Shown here: piece by piece, positions 29,602 through 43,800 of the stretch
Position numbering within the stretch: the first letter of the stretch is position 1
Layout: each line of letters begins with the position of its first letter
Assembly: GCA_951406725.2 (NCBI GenBank)
Contig: OX597824.1
Location: 63,054,001-63,118,000 of the forward strand
Origin: Octopus vulgaris
Lineage: Eukaryota
DNA length: 64,000 nt
Direction: 5' to 3'
Program-made: the position numbers and the translations under genes
Notes under the pieces: model-generated
Told to the model about the DNA's origin: nothing
The model's input: only the letters and a program-made list of their open reading frames with translations
The model's database searches: none

Positions 29602-31479
29602 TGAGAGAGAGATAAAGTGAGAATGAAATAGACAGATCGATCGATCGATTGATAGATTCGCTTCTTGAAGATATTAGTTGCTTTGATGACGTGCTAAATT
29701 ACTCTTATCTCTGCCATTAGCAATGCATCGTTCAACATTTTGCCGGTCATCCTCCAAGAGAATTTAGCCACTCATTACAACACTGTACCTCTCATCCCTT
29801 GGATCTTATATTTACTGTATTTTTACGATATCACATCTAAAAGCTTGACGGGTATTTTATTAAATGTAGCATACAGCAATGCCCATTTATATTTCGTAAG
29901 CCCTTTCTATTCAACAATTACAACCTATATGGCTTATTTTTAAGTACCTTGTCGTTATGCCTATAGTTTTACTGTTTATTGATCCTCTGTTGTCTTTTGT
30001 ATTTGAGCACCATTTACAATATTTTAATGTCTTTTTCTATACATGAATGAAATTGTCTTGCACAACACTTTTCTTTAACATATATAATGTATATGTAAAG
30101 CTCTTAAACTGCTATGGACGCTAGGCCTCACCGTCTATAATGATAACTCTTGGCCATTTTACATATGGAACACTACCGAAAACTCTTTCCCAAGCACATC
30201 ATTGGGAGCAGAATTTAATTCAATGTTGATACTCTACAACGTCAAAAATGGTCGCCGTTTGGGGAATTTTTCTATGTGGGACCCAGTTTATGCTATGTTC
30301 ATGAATACTCTAGAGCTTACATCATATATGTTCAGCGCTGATTGCCAGCTATTGCTTCCTGAACATTTTACAACTACAACTACTAACAAAACGATGCTCT
30401 GTTTCTTCTCTCAGTCGAATATATCATAGTCGTAATCTCATCCATTCTGATCGAATTCACTTCATTGACACCCATCTAATACATCAACCTACAAGCTCTC
30501 ATAATATTTACTGGCTTTCTTGGATTGCAGATTAAGTATTCTCTCCATAAGTTTCTTCTATAAACTTTGGCTATCTGCAATAATCCATCGTTTTTATCTT
30601 TGAGGAATTCTAGGGAAATAGAGATAACAGAGAATTTATAAAATATACCAGAACGACAACAGCAGCGAAGCCATCAGTGTGTGATGTACCGCAGTAGTAG
30701 TTGTAGGTATTACCTCTGTTAACAAAATAAGCATCGTGCTTCTGATCCATTTAATCTCAAAGTTTATGTAATGTTGAATGAAATAGATTATGCTTGCAAT
30801 CACTGAAATATGATTTGAATTTTAGTCTATAGATGCTCAGTGAACGGACCGCTTGAGGATGATTGTATTCAACGAATATAGAAGATATGACATATTTATT
30901 AACTATAGAACTTTAGTCAGAGCTGATAGCAAACTTGGTTTAGCGCTGATAGCAAGAGGTTATTGGCAAAAGAGTTGCAGAAGAGAGACATGGGCTAAAC
31001 GAGAAGGTGAAAAGATAGAGAGGGATGAGAGAGCGAGAGAGAGACAAACAGAGCTTTCATTTCACAATTTCATATGAAGTGCTATAAATTGTACTTTGAT
31101 CCGTGTGGGATTTTTTACGCGAATTCGGTAAATCCTCTGTTGATATCAAGACGTACTTTCACTTTCAAAAACTATTCTAATTACGTCATGATATAACACG
31201 CAAAACATGCATTTGGGGTCATCCAACACTGACACAATCTTCACTATGCACATATTTATATATAAACTCATATACGTATTTGTAAATACGTATATTTATA
31301 TATAGAAGAAATAAGGATAAACGAGGGTTTATATTATATTGCTTACATGCGTTTCACTATTATGTTTTCTCGGGGCCCTGCAATAGGTTTTCCAAGGGTG
31401 TCTAGATGTCCAACCAAAATATTACCGAAATGGTAAAATTCAATATATACATACATACATACATACACACACACACATA

Positions 31480-31527
<48 letters not shown>

Positions 31528-31533
<6 letters not shown>

Positions 31534-31588
31534 TGTCACACGCTGACGAGAGGTCAATACCTCGAAACTCGAGTCCGTGTGTATCATA
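31528..31588 (+). ncRNA. Type I hammerhead ribozyme, copy 1 (predicted cleavage after GUC, C31575)
   Basis: cacacg-CTGACGA-gaggt caat acctc-GAAA-c tcga g-TC-cgtgtg. Stem I extends via tatgat/atcata. Confidence 0.92.
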
Positions 31589-31879
31589 AGTTGAAGACGG
31601 GAAGGATGACTTCCCTTTGCAAATACTGACAGGACACAGAAAGTGTGTCTATGGCCAGCTGGAGGAGTGTGTCCTCCTGGGGCTAAAAACTACAGTAGCA
31701 TCCACCCTTAGGGGTAGCCATATTGAGATGGCAAATATACGTCACGATGTGTTACCGCTACTGTATATAACTCACTTTGATATTTATCATTGTTTGATTT
31801 CACTTTTTCAATATCAGCGACAGTGGACGCTGGAAAAAGTATAAGTATTTGTGAAGGAAATCTAATTCTCGCCGACAAC

Positions 31880-31940
31880 TATGATTGTCACACGCTGACG
31901 AGAGGTCAATACCTCGAAACTCGAGTCCGTGTGTATCATA
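31880..31940 (+). ncRNA. Type I hammerhead ribozyme, copy 2 (predicted cleavage after C31927)
   Basis: Same as copy 1. Stem I extends further with caact/agttg. Confidence 0.92.
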
Positions 31941-32096
31941 AGTTGAAGACGGGAAGGATGACTTCCCTTTGCAAATACTGACAGGACACAGAAAGTGTGT
32001 CTATGGCCAGCTGGAGGAGTGTGTCCTCCTGGGGCTAAAAACTACAGTAGCATCCACCCTTAGGGGTAGCCATATTGAGATGGCAAATATACGTCA

Positions 32097-32131
<35 letters not shown>

Positions 32132-32702
32132 AGGCTGGCCCTTGTGAATGAGAGATATAACTCACTTTTGCTAGCTGAGTGATCTCGAAGTGTACCGTGT
32201 TTACAATGCCAGCAGCTACCAGTTGACAATTTCATAATTTCCTATTGTTACACAGACATACACAGATAACGTACACACAGTCTATTCGTTTTATACCTGC
32301 ACTAGTAGTAGTAGTAGTAGTAGTAGAACTAGTAGTACTAGTAGTACTAGTAGTAGCAACAGCAGCAGCAGTAGTAGTAGTTGCTGTTGTTGTTAAGCAA
32401 CAAGACTAGTAAGGGTGATTAGGTGTTGGTCTAGGTCTTAGGGACTAGAGACCCCAGGCTTTGGAAAAAAAATTTTCTTCGTCTTGTTGTAGTCGAGGGC
32501 TCTTCGTTGACGCCCGTCACCACTGGGAAGTGGTCCTCGAAGTCGCTGGAAATGGAGATCTCCAGGTCCAAATTCTTGAACGGCTGCTGCTGTTGCTTCT
32601 GCTGCTCTTTCTGTCACTTGTTTCTACTACCAACATCTCTGTATGTGTGTGATATCATTGCATGTAATGAAATATTACAGATACTTATACGCACGCACTT
32701 AC

Positions 32703-32760
<58 letters not shown>

Positions 32761-32833
32761 ATAAATACATATATATGTATATATGTGTGTGTATATATAT
32801 GTGTGTGTGTGTATAAATACATATATATGTATG

Positions 32834-32916
<83 letters not shown>

Positions 32917-35185
32917 AGACAGAGAGATACATATACATATGCAAATACATATATATAAATATGATAAATGTGAATAAACATAACTGAAAAAAATTCCAAA
33001 GATGCTCCAGAGATTTCACAACAAGAAACACTTTTGTCAATAAATATTAGATATAATTTGCAATTCATTCCCTCCCAGAGGACATTGACAGCTGGATCAA
33101 ACAATTCAAATACTTTGCACGGTGGAAGGAAATCATCGTTGGAATTGAAAGAATTGGTGAGTGAACGCGTAAGTAATCAATATGTTCGATAAGTACTGCC
33201 CTTGTTTTTATCAGATCTGTTGTTTAGTGACAGGTCAACCTTAGTCGAGCTGTCCTATAATCAAGTAGCTAATAATTTTGACCTCCATGTCTGTTTCCTA
33301 AGAACAATACTATTTAGACTGTCTATATCAACAGCGTAAATATACCATAGACACAAAAGTCAATAAAATTATGTTTTGGATATATAGCAAAGAAAACAAA
33401 ATGACGTACTAACAAACGTAGTCATAATATGAGAAACTACAATGTGCACAAATATCAAATATTATATTTTGTCTATCCAAAATTGGCTAATTCTGCCTGG
33501 TTACCAAAACGCCCAACAACCAACTTCAATAATCGACAAAGAATGTTTTTAATGCATTACGCATTGCCATATATTGTTAACACATAGTACCTCGATATTC
33601 AAAGAAATATACTAAATATCAAGCGCACCAACTACCTTGCGTAACAGCATTTCTTCCAAGGTCAGTTACAGTTCACGTCCACCATGTGAATATGTGAAAT
33701 AATTGAAATAATATACTTCTTGCCCGAGCACTAAAATTTAACACACTATAAAACAGGAACTTTCTTACTCAGAAATAGCCGTCATCAATATGATTGTTCC
33801 ACTGAGCATAAATGCTGAGTACGAATGCATATCACAAAATATGCGCATACAATTAGCATCTGTTTCCACTCTGTCCATAACAAAATCGAGGAGCGCACAG
33901 AAATAGTCTGGATACACAAGCCCGTGACGCTAAACTACATTGCATTTATAAGTACAAATCGAAGAATAGAGAAAGATATTTAACTATAGAACAATAGGCT
34001 CAACAGATTATTTACCCACACAGCTTCACAGCTTTAACCAAAACATGAACAAGAACAACTAGAAGGAAGTCAATATAAGGGACATTTACGGCAGCTAGCA
34101 TGAGAGAACCATGTCTTTACATGATAATGAGCGGATCTGCACTCCAGTTGAAGAGGAAACCATCCTGAGGCAAATAAAGAACATTAACGCTGTAGATTTT
34201 CTACTGGAAATATGATCTGAAACACTCCGAATCACATCGTATCTTGTATAGTACACATGTAAACATTCGGTAATGGAGTCTTAGATACACTGTGTTTCAT
34301 ATCTGAAATATGGATTGCCAGCGCAGAAACGATATTAGTTACATATTTCATCTATATGATGTGTCACCACTGTCATGTTGATTATACAAAAACGCTCTAT
34401 GTGATTGACCTTTACAGAAACGCATAAAAACAAAATTACATCATCGCCATTTAGAATTGCATAAAAATTAATGATCATATTATTGATATTTGGGTTTCTA
34501 ACGGCACGAAACGGAACGTATGCATAGAGACTGATCACACGGAGCTTTCAATGGTTAAACTAACGCAAGATTCATTCGACTAATTCATTTCTACACGATG
34601 TAATATTATTCTCTACTAAATAAACAAGAAAACATTAACGAGTACTTAGAGACTAGAAACGGAAAAAATACATACAGAAAATGATAGTGAAATACAACGA
34701 AAGAATACGTTTATCCACATGATAATATGTTATTAGATGAAAGGGAATTAATGAATGAGTACTATTGAAAAAGAATTGATGTATTTCAAATGTTCGCTAA
34801 ACATAGACATTTCATTGACAAATCTATTTTCCCGAAACAATGTATTTAAGTATGGCGGGGAAGGAGTGGGGCAAAAGATGAAGGAAATTTAAACAATATT
34901 CACTGCAAAGAAATAGAATGTATCCACTTACAGTATCTCGAGACAGTTTAGGATACTTAAAGTAAATTTAAATGGAGACGTTATGAAACGTATTGCCTTA
35001 AACAAATACACGAGTTTATCTACTTATTACATGTGTGTGAGTGTGTTTGTGCACGCTCATGTGTAGGTGTGTGAATGAATGTATGTGTGTCTGTATGAAT
35101 AATTTACTACGTGTGTGTGTACATATGCATATACAAATCCAAATATAAAGATATATATGTGTAAACATACATATATGCGTATATA

Positions 35186-35238
35186 TATTGTTGTATTTGG
35201 GGATGGTCATGTTGCAATTTTAGCCAATAAAAACACAC

Positions 35239-35283
<45 letters not shown>

Positions 35284-35580
35284 TGTTCACCTGCTTCAGC
35301 TTTATTTTATATTAATTTATATCGGCCAGAGTTCTTTCATCACACTTCTGTGACCTCATCAGTGGTCTTTTGCTTTCTTCTTTCTCCTTTTTTTTGAGAC
35401 ACAAAATGGAAAGAAGAAAGTAAAGGACTACTGATCAGGTCACAGAAGTGTGTCGAAATAATTCTGGCCGATATGCAATTTATATAAAATAAGGCTGAAG
35501 CAAGTGAAAGCCAAATATATAGTGCGTGTGTTTTCATTGGCCAAACTGGCAACATTACCATCCCCAAACAAAACAATATC
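35186..35580. repeat. Diverged inverted repeat with a degenerate hammerhead in each arm (Penelope-type inverted pLTR relic)
   Basis: Arms 35186-35370 and ~35421-35580. Minus: cca-CTGATGA-ggtcacagaagtgtgat-GAAA-gaac-TC-tgg. Plus: cta-CTGATCA-ggtcacagaagtgtgtc-GAAA-taat-TC-tgg. Confidence 0.7.
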
Positions 35581-35793
35581 TGTTTCTTGCAAAATGAATA
35601 TATAAATGTATTTATATGACAGACATGTATCTATATGTGCGTGAACGCCCGTCTGTGTATATGGAACGGTGACGGTTGATTGTATCGACGATGTAACTCT
35701 ACTAAAGATTTTTTGAACAAATAAACCCGATGTACGAAACTAAGTTACTATATTAATTGCATATCACATTTCTCAGTATATAAAACCGCACCA

Positions 35794-35828
<35 letters not shown>

Positions 35829-35905
35829 GCATGCTATTACACACTCAAACACACACATACGCACACACACGCACAAAATTATACGTACTTGTATACTAGA
35901 AAATA

Positions 35906-36762
35906 TTGGGTCGTCCCATAACTAATGCGTTTTTCATACTTCTTTATTTTTCAAAATCAAGATAAGCAAAGTTGTTTTTAATCTCCTTCTTTTTCTACAA
36001 TGCTCTTCCATCTATCCGGTAAACTTGCAAGACCCTTTTTCCAACATCTACTTCTCCGTGACAACAAACACTCCTGCTTTACTCTGTTGACCCCGTCTAC
36101 AGAATTCATATTTTTCCCCGTCCAAATGATTTTCAAGACTGCGAAATAAATGATTATCAGACGCGGTAATGTCCGGCGAATATGGTGAATGGGTATCGTC
36201 TCCCAATCAAACAGTCCAGTCATTAAAATATCATCCTCGCCTAATGTAGCCGAATATTATCCTGATGGAAGAACACCTTTCGTCTTGAAACCAAAGATGG
36301 TCGTATTCCATCAAGCGCTGACTGGTTCAATGACCAAATCGAAGCTTCTCTGCTAGTTCCTCAACAGTTACGATGGCATTCTTTTCCATCTGAGTTTGCA
36401 GGACGTTCTCGTCGAGCTCTACAGATCTTCCGTGGTGAGGGTCGTCTTCTAGGCTATAGTTTCCCGCTCTGAATTTCTGGAACTACCGTTGAAACTAGCT
36501 TACGTTTATTGTCCGGGTCCCATATACTACATTAATATTCCTCGTAATTTCCGTTGCAATGTTGCCCCTACTGAGGTCAAGCAAAATACGCCGAATATGC
36601 TCCTTTGTCACTGCCATAATAGCTATGACGAAAATAACTGTTAAAATCGAACTGCACTCTTCAAAACTTACACTAAAAATAAGATCAAGATGAAATTACT
36701 ACCCACTATTATAGCAAGTTGATGCAGGTCGTATATCCTGCATTATTTATGGGAGGACCCAA
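35906..36762 (-). mobile_element. Decayed, internally deleted mariner element
   Basis: TA-flanked TIRs ttgggtcgtcccataactaatgc / gcattatttatgggaggacccaa. Transposase relics FQKFRAGNYSLED, FHQDN, PYSPDITASDNHLF, LPDRWKSIVEKEGD. Confidence 0.85.
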
Positions 36763-37859
36763 TATATAAACACAATTTCATTCATACGGATATACTGACT
36801 CACACTATTGCACACACATGCAAACGGAGCATTTCGTATGCATTAACTACATATATATACATGGACATTACAATGTGTACATGTGTGCAGATATATACAT
36901 ACATATATGTGTGTATGTGTGTACGCGCACGTGCGTGTGTGTGTGTACGAATGAATGCATGCAAGACTGTGCATATGCATATATACATGGATGTGTATTA
37001 TAGTGTACATCTGTAGTCAAATGAAAATGTCTCTGGGTGTTTGTAGACCGTGACATGTAATTGGTTCATCCTTACAGCTTCATGCGGATATATGTGTATG
37101 TATACCTAAGTGTGATTAGAGCATACAGTAGTATAATTAATGCAGTATAATTTCACATTATATTCTCCTCACTATTTATCCGTTATCGATGACCATTGAA
37201 GCCACCAAACATTTAACATGGGATTATCTACGTAATGACGAGAATTTGTTTCCTGGCAACTGTTTTGTAGTGCAGCGGGACATATGGATTTCGAACTAAA
37301 TTGTTACATGTCACGCACTTTCTAAGCATGATGTGCGTGTGTGTATGTGTGTATGTGAGTGCGTGTGAAGAAAGGGAGAGATAAAGAAAGAGAGAGGAGG
37401 AGAGAGAGTGAAAGTGATATACCTGAACATTTGCACAACATAACATTTGCAAGGAAAAGTAATACTGAAAAAGTGTTTGTTATGAGAATTTAAGACCTTT
37501 CCACACTTAAAAGATTACACATACGGGAAAACCCTTAGCAAGACATGTAGAGCAACATCAGTATTCAAATGACTATTACGACTACTACTACCTACTACAT
37601 GCTACCAAGAGTAAAAAAGAAACACAGAGGCAGGCGGAAAAATGGAAAATGTCCCTGTATTTGAAAAATATGGAAATAAATATTAAATACATTTCATTTA
37701 ATTTTTCCACAATTTAATTGTTTTTCATGCTTTACTCTAAATTGAAAAAGTTGAAACCGGTACTAAAATGTTCTTCATGATAAAATTATTTTAACATTTT
37801 CTACCTTGTCTTATTTTCCTTATACATATCAACTCGTGTGCTTCTTTTCTACCTTCTCC

Positions 37860-37889
<30 letters not shown>

Positions 37890-37892
<3 letters not shown>

Positions 37893-38047
37893 CAACAAGC
37901 TTCTTTCAGTTTCTGTCTACCAAATCCACTCACAAGGCTTTGGTCAGCTCGAAGCTATAGTAGAAGACATTTGCCGAAGATGCCACACAGTGGGCTTGAA
38001 CCCGGACCCATGTGGTTGGTGAGCAAGCTACTTACCACACAGCCACA
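37890..38047 (-). mobile_element. SINE family A, 5' half
   Basis: Reverse complement of the head of 10961-11388. Confidence 0.8.
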
Positions 38048-38782
38048 CGGTATGTCCACGAGTGGTAGATGAATTCAATTCAAAGAAAGTTGACCAAATC
38101 TGTTGCTGGTAAAATGGTAGATCAGGTAGGTTTCTACAAATCTAGCTGCCACACGTTGCGACTTTACTGCGACGATGTTAAGAGAAGCAATACGTTCAAG
38201 ATATGGTCAGTGACTGACAGAGACTGTTCGACTGCGATTGTTTCTTAATAAATCCCACTACGAGTAAATTGGTTTCTGTTATAAAAGACACAAGACATTT
38301 CACAGAAAACTATGCGTTTCTAGTGAAGAATCTAAAGATGCAAGCAACATCATCTTACGAACCCGACAATTTTTGAGGATAACAGAAATCGTAAATTCAA
38401 GTAAAATGAAGATTAATTACCAGAAATACTTTAGGAATGTTGTATACGTCTAGATATTTGATATTCCATGAATAAAACTGTTCAAATATTGGAACTACAT
38501 ATTAAAAGTGCCATGTCAGTAACGGAAACAGCGATAATAACGCAAATATCCCGAGCGAAAAGGGTAATAATTGAAAACGATTTTCAATATATATTTCTTT
38601 CCTGCATGTACATTACTTTATAAATTAATTTTTTGTATAAACTACACTTGTTATAAGTAATCGAAAAGTAATCCTATTTGTGTGTGTGTGTTGTGCTTAA
38701 AATATCACAGCCATTTCCTACAGAAAATTCATATGCTATGATAATTCAGTAGATCGATTATATATATATATGTATAGATAGT

Positions 38783-38857
<75 letters not shown>

Positions 38858-39005
38858 TTAGATAGACAGATATATAGATAGATAAATAGATAGATAGATA
38901 GATAGGTATACACACACACAAACATATATATAAATACATATACAGATATAATTTAAATAAATATATAAATGTATAAATACATATATATATATATATGTAT
39001 TTATG

Positions 39006-39059
<54 letters not shown>

Positions 39060-39444
39060 AACATATGTATATGTACATATATGTGTATGTGTGTGCGTGT
39101 GTGTATGTATTTATGTTTGTATGTATGTTTATAAATATATGCTCATTGATTTAGATGAATTCTTCTTTAGCTGCAGTCTTCATATTCTTCTAATACTTTT
39201 ATTCTTTTAATTCTTTCGGTCATTACACTGCAGCCATGCTAGTTCAATGCTTTGAAGGGCCTCTAAACACTTTCTGTGTAGCTTTATCTCAGCATATCTG
39301 TTTCAGCTATTCTCTCAATATTTATTTACGATTTCCCGAACAAACCCGTTGATTTATCGAACAATCTACCTAAATCAACGTGTTATATCAAAAATCATAA
39401 ACAAATATTTAGAGTAGAGCTCAGGTAGATAGGCTACACTACAT

Positions 39445-39496
<52 letters not shown>

Positions 39497-39587
39497 AAAC
39501 ATAATACCTGAAGTCTGAAGTGAAATATTTATAATCTGTTTTATATTCAAATAAATCAACATTACCATATTGGTACTTCGGCATTTA

Positions 39588-40880
39588 CGAGGGGCGTTCA
39601 ATAAGTAATGCCCCTGACCCACTTCCCATAGCAGTAGAGCAACGAAACTTGGCACAGTTATTAGTCTTTTTCTACATAGGAACCACCCAGAGTTACGCAT
39701 TTCTCCCATTGCTTGATGCAGCTCTGGAGACCGTTTTTATAGACGACCCCAGCTTGGTCCTCCAACCTGAACGTGACTTCAGAAATCAAGGCTGCATCAT
39801 CTGGGAAACGCTTTCCTTTTAAAAACAACTTCATGACTGGGAAGAGGTGAAAATCAGAGGGTGCAAGGTCAGGAAAGTAGGGGGATGGGGGAGGAGTTCA
39901 TAGCCATACGCCTGTGCTTCTGATTTGGCGACAAGCGAGTTGTGGACCGGAGCGTTGTCCTGCAGGAGGAGGATGCCTTTGCTGATCTTGCCCCGCCTCT
40001 TGATTTTGATAGCTTCTCTTAATTTCCTCAAAAGTGAAGCATAATAGGCTCCTGCAATTGTGGTACCCTTTGCCAGGAAATCTGTCATCACTACTCCGTC
40101 CTGGTCCCAGAAGACTGTGAGCATGACCTTGCCAGCGGAGGGCTGCACCCTTGCCTTCTTTGGAGGGGGTGAGTCACGGTGCTTCCACTGCATTGACTGG
40201 GCTTTGGTCTCTGGATCATCGTGATGGACCCAGGTTTCATCCTGTGTAATCAGTCTTTTGAAAAATTTTGACTCCTCTTCTCGGCAAATCTCCAAATTCA
40301 TCCTCGAGCACTCGACGCGTTCTTGCTTCTGGAAAGGTGTGAGCAACCTGGGAATCCATCTGGCAGACACCTCCTTTTGCATATGCAAATGGTCATGAAT
40401 GATAGTTTCCACAGACCCGGTACTAATCTTGATCTCATGGGCTATTTGGCGAATAATTATGCGTCGATCTTCCAAAATGGCAGCCTCAACGTGACGGACA
40501 GATGCCTCATCAATGGCAGAAGGGGTGACCAGATCTGGGAGCTGTTTCCACAGAGTTCCGACCATGTTTGAATTCACGATGCCAGCGTTTTACAAGGTCA
40601 TATGATGAGGCATCATCACCATAAGTTACTTTCATTTCATCAAAAGTCTCCCGTGGTGTCCGTCCTTTCAAATACAAAAACCGGATCACTGCTCGACACT
40701 CAACAGGCTCCATTTCACACTTGACTCGGTTCAAACACCTGTAAATCAGAAACCACAATTAATTTACAGCTGTAATTTGCCACTTACTCTATAGAGATAT
40801 AAATGATTGCACATGCAGCATTTCAGCTAGATCAAACAACTGCAAGTGGGTCAGAGGCATTATTTATTGAACGTCCCTCG
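39588..40880 (-). mobile_element. Full-length mariner (DD34D-type) transposon, 1293 bp
   Basis: TA TSDs. ~37-bp TIRs cgaggggcgttcaataagtaatgcccctgacccactt / aagtgggtcagaggcattatttattgaacgtccctcg. Confidence 0.95.
39661..40713 (-). pseudogene. Mariner transposase, frameshifted
   Basis: MEPVECRAVIRFL.. HTH, WIPRLL, QDETWV, QDNAPVH, (Y)xPDLAPSDFHLF, ends SYVEKD*. Split between ORFs 40510-40758 and 39831-40577 and a further frame. Confidence 0.92.
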
Positions 40881-43800
40881 TATATTAGAATATTACAACT
40901 CGGAAGCGGCTGTTTGAGAAATAGTTTCTACAAAATAGGGCTCTTGGTAAAATATATTTCCGGAAATAAGCAATGTTTTAAATAAAAAGATAGATTTTTT
41001 TAAAAGAAAGGTATGATTGTTCTTATTCATAATTATTGAAGTATTATGGCTTTCTATGTATTGAAATTCGTACCACGAATTCAAATATATTTCCTTACAC
41101 ATGATAGTATCTTAATGTGAGGGCTTAGTATTACCGAGGGACATTTCTGAATGCCTACGCTCTTCGTTTATTTATTTTTAAATGTAGCCTATCTTCTTTA
41201 GTTCTTCCTTCCCGTTTTCTTCGAGAAATGCAGCTATATTATTCATAAATTACTCATCGGCATCACTGGATATCAACTGTTCTTCTCTAAATTTGCCCTG
41301 GCTATATTTTCCAATGAACCATGTCTGGCGATAGTTCAAGTATCTCCTTTGCTTAGAATTTACTTACATGAAATTGTTTGGTTGGTAACTTTGCCTGGCC
41401 GAACGTTGTAAAGCATGTATTAGTATTAATATTTTACACGCATACACATACATACATATATATATATATATACATATGTGCGTGTGTTGTATGTGTGAGT
41501 GCGTTCATACATACACACACTCACACACATACACACACATACATATGCATACATACATACAGACATATATACATACATACATACACACCCATAAATTTAA
41601 TTATACATACATGTGAGTGGCTGCGTGTTTGGTGTGGTTGGAGGGTACGACAGATTGAGAGATAAATAGAGATACAACAGTGAGATGAGTAGATAAAGTT
41701 TAATAAAGGAAAAGCAATATTCTACGCCTACCACCATTTGGTAGGGAAAACCTTATTAAGAAACGAGGAATTCCTATAGTATAAAACAGCTCCAGAGATT
41801 TGTTCCTCACGCTGTACAAAGTTAATCCAGTGCTATGGCTTTTCTTTAGAAATGTCTTACTGCTATTTTAGGCCCCTCATGTGATGCATGAAGACGAAAA
41901 TATTGTGAATTTACTTAATGTATAAAACATCCCTCAATACACAACAACATTGGTTTCTACCTCTATCACGCTAGTGATAGCATCAAGGGAACCATTTTTG
42001 CTGCTTTCTATAATTTATTTTGGGGGTTTCTTGACATGTAATAAAAACTACAATCTACTGAATTTTAGATTAGATTACTGACTATCAAAATCCCTGAACA
42101 CCTCCCTCTATTTATATTGCATGTACTTCTTGTTTGCATTGCTGTTGTTATTGTTGTTTTTATAGCTGTTTATTTCTTTTTCTTTTTGTTACTGCTATGA
42201 TCGTAGGTTTTCTTTCATTTTTGTCTTGTGGTTGTTTTCTTTTGGATTTTAGTTTTGTATTTATTCCTTTCTTCTCGAAAATAATGCTCTCGATACTGAC
42301 TAATACTACTGCTACTACTTCTGCTGTTATTACTTCCATTGCTTAGCGATGGTGTTGAAGCTTGCGCTGTTACAGACTTCTAAACAAAACTTCCCTTCCA
42401 GATAGAACATTTTTGTTTCCCAGCAAAGACTGTAACGTGGTAGAAACTTCATCAATGGATAATTCTTTGTTTCTTTCGCCTCAATGGATCTTTATGCTTC
42501 CTACTGCTAAAAGAACTCCTTTCGACAATGCTGTCGATGCATAAATCACAGCATTGTCATCTGAGCTAAACAACATTACACAACCCGAAGGCTACAACAG
42601 TTTATTATTCAGTTGAATTTGTCTGGCAATCAATTACTATTTATCACGGACTTATTTCTATTTATTTCTCTCGATCTCATTTCAGTATATTTAGCTTAAC
42701 TTTATTACGAATTACTTCTTACTTTTTATAGGTTGTCCTACTAGCATTTATGAACGAAAATTGTTACTAGCCTCAACACCAGAAGATTGTAGTTTCGTCC
42801 CTTCATCACTGAAGTGCTGTGTCCTTGAGCAAGGTTCTCATAATTTTATGTTACTCCAGTCTACTCTTGTAGCTGTTAAATAACAATTGCAGACTCACTG
42901 ACAGTCGTATTTGCCGTTTTTTTTTCTACCCAATTTTACTTACAGAGTGAAAATTAAACTTGCGCGAGATAACACCAAGTTAGATCGAACTCAATTTCTA
43001 TCGGATATGACATTCATTTCTTAAACATTCAGCTAAACTTCGATGGGTCACGCTGATTCTGCCTAGGAATTAGGTTAAGAATAAACTTGTGTCAGTCATT
43101 TTCACATTAATTCTAGAGTTATTCAAGTGATCCAACAATTGAATACTGACTGTTTAGGGACGTAGATCCACTATTACTACTACAACTAGATTTTATGAGG
43201 GGAACCACTGAATTATGCAAGATTTCAATAGCGTTGACTACTATGTTAATTATTGCTTTCATTCAAATTTACATATCTATATGAAAACATTCAATCCATA
43301 ATCGTAATTTTGTCGAAATGATGGTAAACGATGAAATGTTTATTCAGTCTCAGACATATCTCTGAGTTCTATATTCTAAATGGCCAGACATAGCTTTTTC
43401 GAACGCGTCACACGCTAGAATCAATATGCCTCAATTTATAATTTGTGTGAGGAAATATAGCTCTTTTCATTTAGTATGAAATTTTAGCTTCGATGTGAAA
43501 ATAGACATTTCGATTGCCCCGCCAATCATTTTTCCTCTTAGCGAAAAGAAAGTCTATGTTCAATCTCATTAGATTTTAGTTTCTTTATACATTTAAGATA
43601 GAAATAGTAATCCTCTTCTTTCAATAGACTGGCACGTAGCCGAAATATATTTATAGCATAATACAAATTGGAACTCAGCTAAACTCCTCAGAAGCTGCGT
43701 ATTCTTTCCTTAATGAAAATTTGACTAGAAAATAATCAGAAAGATATCTATATCTTCCCAGAGAGAAATAAAGACTTCTGGTGTAACCGTTTCGCTAACT

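Larger units (their letters stand above)
31528..32100 (+). mobile_element. Hammerhead-bearing repeat (non-LTR retrozyme / Penelope pLTR-like): 221-bp direct repeats, 352-bp period, in (TA)n
   Basis: 31528-31748 and 31880-32100 appear identical. Each begins with a hammerhead ribozyme. (TA)n on both flanks. Confidence 0.85.

Noticed and set aside
31340-31360. Minus-strand GAAACGCATGTA resembling a hammerhead stem III
   Set aside because: No matching CUGANGA half found nearby.
31617-32151. Duplicated short ORFs MQILTGHRK..
   Set aside because: Non-ATG starts inside the ribozyme repeat. A by-product of the duplication.
33420-34330. Possible very old Penelope-like coding relic
   Set aside because: Only vague motif resemblance. 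No defensible alignment.
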